Positions 38,031 to 48,830 of a stretch of DNA of 64,000 bases are shown piece after piece. Made by a program: the position numbers and the translations under genes. Under the pieces are notes generated by a model that did no database searches, had not been told where the DNA came from, and worked only from the letters and a program-made list of their open reading frames with translations. This DNA is from Octopus bimaculoides (Eukaryota): assembly GCF_001194135.2 (NCBI RefSeq), contig NC_068981.1, positions 73,327,377-73,391,376 on the forward strand. The letters are read 5' to 3'. Position 1 is the stretch's first letter. Each line of letters opens with the position of its first letter.

Positions 38031-38705
38031 TTGCTTTCAAAAGACCTAATTTTAGAAAAACGTAATTTTTATTGTCATAACATTTTTTGCATGAATTTTG
38101 GACTGTAAATTCCGAAATACATTCTGATTTAGTACTAAATTATAATAAAAATCACTAAAATTACGAGGACATGTAACTCGATGGATTTTCGCAGTGAAAA
38201 TAGTAAAAAGGCATAAAATTTAGTGTGAAAAGCAGTAAGATGGCAACCCTTGCTTGGTAGAATATACCATGCTTTTGAAAATTGTTTTAGGTGTCCATGT
38301 CATGGCGAGTAGTCATAAACAATTTTCAGCCCTCTAATATTTGACTCAGGATATGACACCTACTGAAAGAGAGATGCACTAGTACTTGGTTAGTACTCAT
38401 TAAAACTAAGTAAGCTAATGCCACTTGAAATGAAGTGCTTGCCAGCTTCAAGAATAGAAACCACGACCTTATGATCATGAGTGGTTAAGAAGGCCACGCG
38501 CTTTCATGTCAGCGAAGCGGCTGACCGTTGGATAGGTTTTCGTACTTTAAGTTTCATGTAAAAGTTTCTGTATATTATTTACTTATTATTTATAGAAGGA
38601 AGTTTACATCTTTCATGCATTGAAATAAGCGATTTACTTTATTTTGCAATCAATCGTTTTATTGGTCGCAAGCTAAATCGCTAACCGACTCTTCCGTCCA
38701 TACAG

Positions 38706-38853
38706 ACCGATCGATTCTTACCTTGGCCAAGTGCCTTGGCTTATTGCCATCAGTGTCTGCCACCTTATCAACTTATCGATGCCACCATGAACCATATTCA
38801 CAGGTTGACACCAAAATCTTGATAGTCCACTCGCTGGTTGAACAGATCTATTG
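38706..38853 (+). CDS. candidate internal exon of an unidentified host gene
   Basis: Branch-like CTAAC at 38681-38685, pyrimidine tract and CAG acceptor, donor TTG/GTAAAA. One frame is open (RSILTLAKCLGLLPSVSATLSTYRCHHEPYSQVDTKILIVHSLVEQIY) with no recognisable domain. Confidence 0.3.
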
Positions 38854-40423
38854 GTAAAATACTATTTAATTTCAGGAGAAACTTTCGAAAGAAACCTTTC
38901 TATATTGCTTGTGTGTATATGTATGTGTCTGTGTGCGTGTGTGTGCCTGTGCGTGCGTGCGCGTGCGCGTGCTTCTGCATAGGTGTATGCGTACATGAGT
39001 GTGTATTAGCCCTCTCTGTCTTTCCCTCTACACAAATCTACATATGCATATATACATAAATACATCCATATATATATATATAAATATAGATGTATGCATA
39101 ACATGCATACATATATCCATATATGTATGTATGTATAAATATGTTTGTGTGTGTATGTGTCAGTACAGAGAGACAGAGAGGGGGGAAGGCCACAGTCGCA
39201 AGGACAGAATGTTTGTTCTAAACCCCTGGCGAAGAAGATTCGATATCTCGTTTGCATGGCTTTGTCAGGAATGGTTTTCCACACTCCCATCATATAATGC
39301 TTCAAGATGAAGTCAGCTGATCATGGAATAACAAATAAATCTAATTAACACACAACACATTCGCCTGTAGGCTTCAGAATTGATGCAGCTGAATAATATT
39401 CTCCTTATATATATATATATATGGTCGTTTTTTTTTGTTTGCCAAGTAAATATACGCACTATATGTTCGTCCTTGACTCGTTTATTACTGTTCTTATTCT
39501 AACTCATGTCTATTGTCAGGAAATCTTTCGTATGTATATATATATAAAGATATATATATGCATGTATATATGTATATATATATATATGTATACATATATN
39601 NNNNNNNNNNNNNNNNNNNNNNNNNNNNNNNNNNNNNNNNNNNNNNNNNNNNNNNNNNNNNNNNNNNNNNNNNNNNNNNNNNNNNNNNNNNNNNNNNNNN
39701 NNNNNNNNNNNNNNNNNNNNNNNNNNNNNNNNNNNNNNNNNNNNNNNNNNNNNNNNNNNNNNNNNNNNNNNNNNNNNNNNNNNNNNNNNNNNNNNNNNNN
39801 NNNNNNNNNNNNNNNNNNNNNNNNNNNNNNNNNNNNNNNNNNNNNNNNNNNNNNNNNNNNNNNNNNNNNNNNNNNNNNNNNNNNNNNNNNNNNNNNNNNN
39901 NNNNNNNNNNNNNNNNNNNNNNNNNNNNNNNNNNNNNNNNNNNNNNNNNNNNNNNNNNNNNNNNNNNNNNNNNNNNNNNNNNNNNNNNNNNNNNNNNNNN
40001 NNNNNNNNNNNNNNNNNNNNNNNNNNNNNNNNNNNNNNNNNNNNNNNNNNNNNNNNNNNNNNNNNNNNNNNNNNNNNNNNNNNNNNNNNNNNNNNNNNNN
40101 NNNNNNNNNNNNNNNNNNNNNNNNNNNNNNNNNNNNNNNNNNNNNNNNNNNNNNNNNNNNNNNNNNNNNNNNNNNNNNNNNNNNNNNNNNNNNNNNNNNN
40201 NNNNNNNNNNNNNNNNNNNNNNNNNNNNNNNNNNNNNNNNNNNNNNNNNNNNNNNNNNNNNNNNNNNNNNNNNNNNNNNNNNNNNNNNNNNNNNNNNNNN
40301 NNNNNNNNNNNNNNNNNNNNNNNNNNNNNNNNNNNNNNNNNNNNNNNNNNNNNNNNNNNNNNNNNNNNNNNNNNNNNNNNNNNNNNNNNNNNNNNNNNNN
40401 NNNNNNNNNNNNNNNNNNNNNNN

Positions 40424-40463
<40 letters not shown>

Positions 40464-40814
40464 GCACACAAATATATTGTTATATTTCGGGTTGGTCATT
40501 TCTTTATTGCAAAATACACAGACATCACTCGTTTATTACTGTTCTTATTCTAATGAGAATGGAATAAACAGAGCAAGATTACACACAACGACGGAATGTG
40601 TCGCTGAGGAGGTCACAGATGTGTGACGAAAGATTTCCTGACAATAGACATGAGTTAGAATAAGAACAGTAATAAACGAGTCAAGGACGAAAATATAGTG
40701 CGTATATTTACTTGGCAAACAAAAAAAAAACGACCATCTCATAATACAACAATATCTGTTTCAATACACGACTACTTCACATCAGAAATTTTGCAATATA
40801 AATCCATAAACCTA

Positions 40815-40866
<52 letters not shown>

Positions 40867-40976
40867 CACATACTTATACATATACATATATATATATATA
40901 TCTATATGTGTTTGTGTGTTTGTGTGTGTGTGTGCTTGTGTGCTTGTGTGTGCGTGTGTGTGTGTGTGTGTGTGTA

Positions 40977-41134
40977 GGTGCAGGAGTGGCTGGTAAGTAG
41001 CTTCCTTACCAACCACATGGTTCCGGGTACAGTCCCACTGTGTGGCGCCTTGGGCAAATGTATTCTGCTATAGCCTTGGGCTAACCAAAGCCTTGCGAGA
41101 GGATTTGGTAGATGGAAACTGAAAGAAGCCCATC

Positions 41135-41188
<54 letters not shown>

Positions 41189-41415
41189 NNNNNNNNNNNN
41201 NNNNNNNNNNNNNNNNNNNNNNNNNNNNNNNNNNNNNNNNNNNNNNNNNNNNNNNNNNNNNNNNNNNNNNNNNNNNNNNNNNNNNNNNNNNNNNNNNNNN
41301 NNNNNNNNNNNNNNNNNNNNNNNNNNNNNNNNNNNNNNNNNNNNNNNNNNNNNNNNNNNNNNNNNNNNNNNNNNNNNNNNNNNNNNNNNNNNNNNNNNNN
41401 NNNNNNNNNNNNNNN

Positions 41416-41451
<36 letters not shown>

Positions 41452-41623
41452 TATATCTTCATTTGTCCCCCATCATCGCTTGACAACCCATGTTGGTGTG
41501 TTTACATCCCCATAACTTAGCGTTTCGTAAAAAGAGTCCGATAGAATAAGTACTAGGCTTACAAAGAAAATGTTTAAGGGCCACTTTGTTCGACTGAAGA
41601 CTGAAGCAAATAAAAGAATAGAA

Positions 41624-41625
<2 letters not shown>
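40977..41625 (+). mobile_element. SINE family C spanning a gap in its internal (TA)n(TG)n tract
   Basis: Head GGTGCAGGAGTGGCTGGTAAG, GGCGCCTTGGGCAAATG core, and the 3' part after the gap. Confidence 0.85.
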
Positions 41626-41667
<42 letters not shown>

Positions 41668-42002
41668 GTTCCTTTTTTTCTGGTTGTTTTTGTTTATTTA
41701 CTTTTCATTCTACATTAATAGAGTTCATCAGTCTACCACGTTTCCGTTTCCTTTTTTCTTTCTTTATTTTTTTGCGACGGACAATTCACTGTGCACAACT
41801 TATTTATGTTTTGTTCTTTTCATGAGTTTGCATCTTGTCCACCATTCTTTGAATTTTTGTCTACCAGTTGGAACGTCTCACGTTGTCCGACTATCCATCT
41901 ATTATTCTTTTCCTTCCGTTTGTGTTGTTACTCATACATACATACATACATACAGGCATGCATACACATATACACACATATACACACAGACATACGCATA
42001 TA

Positions 42003-42175
42003 TATATAAATACGACGAGCTTCTTTCGGTTTCCGTGTACCAAGTCCACTTATGAGGATTTGATCAACCCGAGGGTACAGTAGAAGACACTTGCCCAAGG
42101 TGCCACGCAGTAGAACTAAACCCAGAGCTATGTGGTTGGGAAGTAAGCTTCTTACCACACAGCCACGCCTGCGCC
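42003..42175 (-). mobile_element. SINE family C, 5' half
   Basis: Reverse complement of GGCGCAGGCGTGGCTGTGTGGTAAG ... GGCACCTTGGGCAAGTGTCTTCTAC. Confidence 0.85.
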
Positions 42176-42207
<32 letters not shown>

Positions 42208-42251
42208 TGTATGTATGTGTGTGTATGTATGTATGTATGTATGTATGTGTG

Positions 42252-42283
<32 letters not shown>

Positions 42284-43078
42284 TGTGTAACAGGCAGGAA
42301 TGAGTTGGAATGATTTGCAGTTGATTATGTTTCAAAACTGTGTGTGGTAGCTATTCTGCAAACATCATAATGTCCTTTTCCGCCATGATGTCTGAAGCAA
42401 ACGTAAATTTCCTTTCTGAATAGCTCTTTTTTCTCTAAAACGAAAATTTGTTTCAAACAATCGAATCATTGACAATTTTCATTTTATAATGTTGGTGCTT
42501 CTCGCCTTTCAGAATAAATATATTTGAAAAAATCAACAAAATTCTTAATAACGTCTCGCATTTTTCATGGCTACATTACATAACTGTTTGGATTTCATTA
42601 AATGAAAAAGTATTAAGTTTGTCCCTGATACAAATTATTACTATCATATTTCTGTAAATCGCTCCTTTTCGTTTTGCTCAATTTCTCTCTATTATTTTGT
42701 TTAATTCTCCTATATTTGCACATCCCACAAATAAACAAAAATAGCAAAGCCTACTTAAGAACAAATAAGCGTCATTTAATTTCTTTCTTTTAATTTCCTT
42801 TTCCTTGTGGACTCTATTTAGTTTTGCTTTAATTTCAAGGTTGCTTCCTTTATTTACAACCACATTCTAAGTTCAATTTCTTCAGGAGCAAGTTGATTCG
42901 TCATTTATATCAACTGATGTCATTAAATAATAAATAAATAAATAAATAAATATACACATATGTGTGTGTTCATGAAAACATCTATTCTTCTACCTCTCTC
43001 GCTTTCTCTCTTTCTCCCTCTTTCTCTCTCTTTCCCTCTCTCTATATATGGATAGATATACATATTGATATATATTAA

Positions 43079-43498
43079 GGGAAATGGAAAACAAAACCAA
43101 GGTAAAATGAGTATATCAGGTCATTTAGAATATTTAATTAGAGTAAGGTGAATCAAAAATGGAGAAGTAGAAGTAATTAAAGTCTTACAGTTGTTTCTGG
43201 GATATCCCAGGTGATGGATCAACATCTCCATACACTGGGTATTGCGTCATCAGAAACAGTGTGTATGGAGGAAAGTTACTGTGAATTCTCTTTCTGGGAC
43301 TTACCTGCATTCACACCTTGTCTCAGATGACGGAATACCAAGTGTATGGAAATGTCGACCTATCACCTGGGATATCCCAGAAACAGCTGTAAGACTTTAA
43401 TTACGTCTACTTCTCCATTTTTGATTCACTTTACTCTAATTAAATGTTCTAAATGACCCGAGATACATGTCCTGCCTTGGTTTTATTTTCCTTTTCTT
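43079..43498. mobile_element. foldback MITE with TTAA TSD and RR...YY ends (Kolobok-like)
   Basis: Arms of about 190 bp are reverse complements. TTAA at 43075-43078 and 43499-43502, termini GG... and ...TT, and the palindrome CTGGGATATCCCAG in each arm. Confidence 0.75.
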
Positions 43499-43642
43499 TT
43501 AATATGTACCTGCTGACTCGGGAACCTACTACGGCCCCCTAGCTCCAGCCTCAACTGTGAGCTTGGAAGCTAACGGATGACCAATTAGCATTTACGTTGG
43601 GTACATATTGGTTTAAATAATCAGTGAACTAAACTCTCATAT

Positions 43643-43681
<39 letters not shown>

Positions 43682-44199
43682 TGAATCTATATCTAAACCG
43701 TCTATATANNNNNNNNNNNNNNNNNNNNNNNNNNNNNNNNNNNNNNNNNNNNNNNNNNNNNNNNNNNNNNNNNNNNNNNNNNNNNNNNNNNNNNNNNNNN
43801 NNNNNNNNNNNNNNNNNNNNNNNNNNNNNNNNNNNNNNNNNNNNNNNNNNNNNNNNNNNNNNNNNNNNNNNNNNNNNNNNNNNNNNNNNNNNNNNNNNNN
43901 NNNNNNNNNNNNNNNNNNNNNNNNNNNNNNNNNNNNNNNNNNNNNNNNNNNNNNNNNNNNNNNNNNNNNNNNNNNNNNNNNNNNNNNNNNNNNNNNNNNN
44001 NNNNNNNNNNNNNNNNNNNNNNNNNNNNNNNNNNNNNNNNNNNNNNNNNNNNNNNNNNNNNNNNNNNNNNNNNNNNNNNNNNNNNNNNNNNNNNNNNNNN
44101 NNNNNNNNNNNNNNNNNNNNNNNNNNNNNNNNNNNNNNNNNNNNNNNNNNNNNNNNNNNNNNNNNNNNNNNNNNNNNNNNNNNNNNNNNNNNNNNNNNN

Positions 44200-44257
<58 letters not shown>

Positions 44258-44334
44258 TGTATGTATGTATTCGGTATGTTGGACCGCTGAAATCTACAAG
44301 TTTTTTTTCATTCTCTGCTTAGTTTCTCATATAC

Positions 44335-44405
44335 CTTTCTGGTGAAGAGCATTGGCTCGAAACATGAAAGTCTGTTTCTTTTTCCCGAGCGTCAAACTAA
44401 TACAC
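44335..44405 (+). ncRNA. degenerate minimal hammerhead ribozyme motif (PLE-type)
   Basis: CTTT-CTGGTGA-A-GAGC ATTG GCTC-GAAA-CAT-G-AAAG at 44335-44370. Stems I (CTTT/AAAG) and II pair, but the core deviates at A6, 16.2 and H17. Confidence 0.5.
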
Positions 44406-44456
44406 TTGCTTGTTGTTCATACACCTGTCATCGTTTTTTGCTTGTGTACAAATTTC

Positions 44457-44534
<78 letters not shown>

Positions 44535-44552
44535 ATATATATATATATATAT

Positions 44553-44740
44553 TATTTCAATCAGTTGACAGCTTTCATACTGGGGCACCGAATTGAAGAA
44601 TATATCAACCCTAGAACTTAATTTTTACAAGCCTAGTACTCATTCTGTCGGTCTCTTGCCGAACCGGTAGGTTACGGAAACATAAACACACCAACACCTG
44701 TTGTCAAGCGTTGGTGGGGGACAAACACAGACACACCCAC

Positions 44741-44782
<42 letters not shown>

Positions 44783-44934
44783 GACGGGCTTCTTTCAATT
44801 TCCGCCTACAAAATCCATTCACGAGGCCTTGGTTGGCCCGAGGCTAAAGTAGAAGACACTTGCCCAAGGTGCCACTGAACTAGGGCCCATGTGATTGGAA
44901 AATAAGTTTCTTAGCACACTGTCACGCTTGCACC
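44553..44934 (-). mobile_element. SINE family C, full length
   Basis: Reverse complement of the C consensus with an internal TA tract. Confidence 0.85.
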
Positions 44935-45162
44935 TATGCATACATCCCCCACCATACACACACGTATGTATATGTATGTATGTATGTATGTATGTATAGG
45001 TAGGTAGGTAGGTAGGTAGGTAGGTAGGGTAAAATCTCGGTTGCTTCCTCTCGAAGCACATCTGATTATTCCATTATTACAATCAAATATGTAGTGGGTG
45101 TCGGTGTTGTATAGAAGCAAGGTATATATTAGAGTTGAAAATCCTGGTATATGTATGTGCGC

Positions 45163-45211
<49 letters not shown>

Positions 45212-45947
45212 AATCTTTATTCAGTAAATACATATATGTATATATATATATANNNNNNNNNNNNNNNNNNNNNNNNNNNNNNNNNNNNNNNNNNNNNNNN
45301 NNNNNNNNNNNNNNNNNNNNNNNNNNNNNNNNNNNNNNNNNNNNNNNNNNNNNNNNNNNNNNNNNNNNNNNNNNNNNNNNNNNNNNNNNNNNNNNNNNNN
45401 NNNNNNNNNNNNNNNNNNNNNNNNNNNNNNNNNNNNNNNNNNNNNNNNNNNNNNNNNNNNNNNNNNNNNNNNNNNNNNNNNNNNNNNNNNNNNNNNNNNN
45501 NNNNNNNNNNNNNNNNNNNNNNNNNNNNNNNNNNNNNNNNNNNNNNNNNNNNNNNNNNNNNNNNNNNNNNNNNNNNNNNNNNNNNNNNNNNNNNNNNNNN
45601 NNNNNNNNNNNNNNNNNNNNNNNNNNNNNNNNNNNNNNNNNNNNNNNNNNNNNNNNNNNNNNNNNNNNNNNNNNNNNNNNNNNNNNNNNNNNNNNNNNNN
45701 NNNNNNNNNNNNNNNNNNNNNNNNNNNNNNNNNNNNNNNNNNNNNNNNNNNNNNNNNNNNNNNNNNNNNNNNNNNNNNNNNNNNNNNNNNNNNNNNNNNN
45801 NNNNNNNNNNNNNNNNNNNNNNNNNNNNNNNNNNNNNNNNNNNNNNNNNNNNNNNNNNNNNNNNNNNNNNNNNNNNNNNNNNNNNNNNNNNNNNNNNNNN
45901 NNNNNNNNNNNNNNNNNNNNNNNNNNNNNNNNNNNNNNNNNNNNNNN

Positions 45948-45988
<41 letters not shown>

Positions 45989-46359
45989 AGGCGTGGCCGT
46001 GTGGTAAGAAGCTTGCACACTTATACACATACACTCATACACACACACATACCTTCTCACATATATATACCTAACGCCCAAACACCCACACTCTCACAAA
46101 CATATACACTCATTTACAAAATGTGTTGTTGTTGTTGTTGTGGTGGTGGTGGTGGTGGTAGTGGTATAAAATGTCCTTTACTATAGAAAGATTATTTTCG
46201 AGTAACTGTTATATTGTTTTAATCCAAATGAAAATAAAAATTACATGTTGACACTTGCGGGATGTAATACCTGGTAAAATTTGATTTGATTTGGTGGAGC
46301 CATTTGAGAATGCATAGGAAACTGACAGACAGACAAAGAATTTTATAGAGAGAGAGAGA

Positions 46360-47515
46360 GAGATGAGACAACTGATCTGTTTAATACTTGTCAGATGGCA
46401 ATATTTATATGTGGAATAACTGCAAAAACTCAACATTCGGGAAACATTTCTTGTCTTGAAATTAATGCATGGAACAACTAGAGGTGAAGATTTATTGCAA
46501 ATCGTCGACTCAGCCTTAAAGGATTTTGATTTACCGTATGAAAAAAATGAGTGGTCTAGCAACAGATGGTGCTCCATCTATGGTAGGTTGTGAAAAGGGT
46601 TCGTAGCTCTGATTAAGAATAAATTGAAGAAGCGTCTTTTGGATCCGAAAACTTTCATTATGTGTCACTGCTTTATTCGTATGAAAAGTTTATGTGCAAA
46701 ATCTCTCAAGATGGGCAATGTAATGAAGTTGTAACTAAGGCCGTTAATTTAATAAAAAACAAACAAACAAAGAGTTGAATGATAGGGAACTTAAAGAATT
46801 TTTGAAAGATCTTGAAGCATAATATGGTGGGGGGGGGCGCGGTTATTGTACCGTTGTGAAGTTAGGTGACTAAGGCCCAGATGCTTAAGCGATTTTATGA
46901 ACTGAAGGAAGAAGTGAAAATCTTTATGGATATTAAAGGCGTTCCTATTGTAGACTGGAAGATAAAAGGTTTCAAAGTGATTTAACATTTTTAGTAGATA
47001 TAACTAGCCATTCAAATAATTTGAACTTGAAACTACAAGTCTCCAGTATCAGCTAATAACCAGTTTGCTTCCTCATATCAAAAGCTTTGAATCGATGCTT
47101 CATTTATTTGTCACGCAATTGAAAAGAAAGTGTTTCACACATTTTCCCAAATTGAGGGAACAAAATCACGAATCAACAAAGGAATACTCTACCGAGTGTG
47201 AAAGTCTTTTGAAGAAATTTGAAAGTTGATTTGAAAAAATACAAGATAACAAAATCGATCTACGAGTTTTTGAAACACCTTTTGATATGTGTCCTGAGAA
47301 GACTCCGGATTCCTTACAATTAGAATTAATTGAGTTGCAGTCAGATAACTTAATAAAATCGAAATATAATAATCTGTCTTTATAGAACTTCTACAAATTC
47401 ATCAATCCAGAGAAATTCCCTGCTTTACATAAAAATGCCTTGAAATTCGCATCTCAATTTTCGACGACTTATCAATGTGAGCAGTTTTTTTTTACCAAAC
47501 TGAATTATGCAACAA
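46360..47515 (+). mobile_element. hAT (Charlie/SPIN, GTF2IRD2-like) transposase remnant
   Basis: DETTD at 46362-46376, GTTRGEDL, ATDGAPSM at 46559-46582, DLTFLVDIT, LQLELIELQ and FSTTYQCEQFF at about 47459-47491; many frameshifts and stops. Confidence 0.85.
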
Positions 47516-48525
47516 ATCGTATATATATATATATATATNNNNNNNNNNNNNNNNNNNNNNNNNNNNNNNNNNNNNNNNNNNNNNNNNNNNNNNNNNNNNN
47601 NNNNNNNNNNNNNNNNNNNNNNNNNNNNNNNNNNNNNNNNNNNNNNNNNNNNNNNNNNNNNNNNNNNNNNNNNNNNNNNNNNNNNNNNNNNNNNNNNNNN
47701 NNNNNNNNNNNNNNNNNNNNNNNNNNNNNNNNNNNNNNNNNNNNNNNNNNNNNNNNNNNNNNNNNNNNNNNNNNNNNNNNNNNNNNNNNNNNNNNNNNNN
47801 NNNNNNNNNNNNNNNNNNNNNNNNNNNNNNNNNNNNNNNNNNNNNNNNNNNNNNNNNNNNNNNNNNNNNNNNNNNNNNNNNNNNNNNNNNNNNNNNNNNN
47901 NNNNNNNNNNNNNNNNNNNNNNNNNNNNNNNNNNNNNNNNNNNNNNNNNNNNNNNNNNNNNNNNNNNNNNNNNNNNNNNNNNNNNNNNNNNNNNNNNNNN
48001 NNNNNNNNNNNNNNNNNNNNNNNNNNNNNNNNNNNNNNNNNNNNNNNNNNNNNNNNNNNNNNNNNNNNNNNNNNNNNNNNNNNNNNNNNNNNNNNNNNNN
48101 NNNNNNNNNNNNNNNNNNNNNNNNNNNNNNNNNNNNNNNNNNNNNNNNNNNNNNNNNNNNTTACCTTATCGGCAGCAAATTTCTGAAAGAAATTCGGCAT
48201 TTTTTTGTATTTGCTGCCGATTAGGTAAACTGCACATGCGCAGTAAATTTTGAAAAATTAAGCATAAGTCATGTTTTCTATGTAGTGCTTCGTGTTTATA
48301 TGTTATATCTAGGTTATTCCGCTGAAGATAGCTTACCTTGCAAAATATTTTATTTTGCTAAAATAGCTTGAAACCATGGTACGGAAAATAGATTGGTAAA
48401 TGTTTTTATTTTTCATTCCCTTTCGAAATTATCCCTAATTTTGTGTTATAGAGCTTTTTGCTGCTCTTTCTAGCGGGTTAGATGTCCTATTAAAGGCATC
48501 TCTGTATTTTAAATATATATATGCT

Positions 48526-48830
48526 TACTATAGCCGCAGGCTGACCAAAATCTTGTGAGTGGATTTCGTACTAGGAAACTGAAAGAAGACTGTCGTATAT
48601 ATGTGTATATTTGTGTTTGTGTGTGCCTGTGTCTTGTGTTTGTACCCAACCATTCCTTGACAACTGATGTTGCTATGTTTACGTTCCTGTAACTTAAAGG
48701 TTTGGTAAAAGACACTGACCGAATGAGTACTAGGCTTACAAAGAATAAATCCTGTGGTTGATTTCTTCGACCAACGACGGTAATCCACCATGGTGCAGTC
48801 ACATAACTGAAACAAGTAAAGCAATAAAAA
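48526..48830 (+). mobile_element. SINE family C, head-truncated
   Basis: GTGAGTGGATTTCGTAC..GGAAACTGAAAGAAG ... GAGTACTAGGCTTACAAAGAATAA ... CTGAAACAAGTAAA. Confidence 0.8.

Noticed and set aside
4788-48253. Long ORFs (170-400 aa) in the supplied track that span N-runs
   Set aside because: They consist of X residues from assembly gaps plus YI/CV/HT dipeptide repeats from microsatellites, so they are not evidence of genes.
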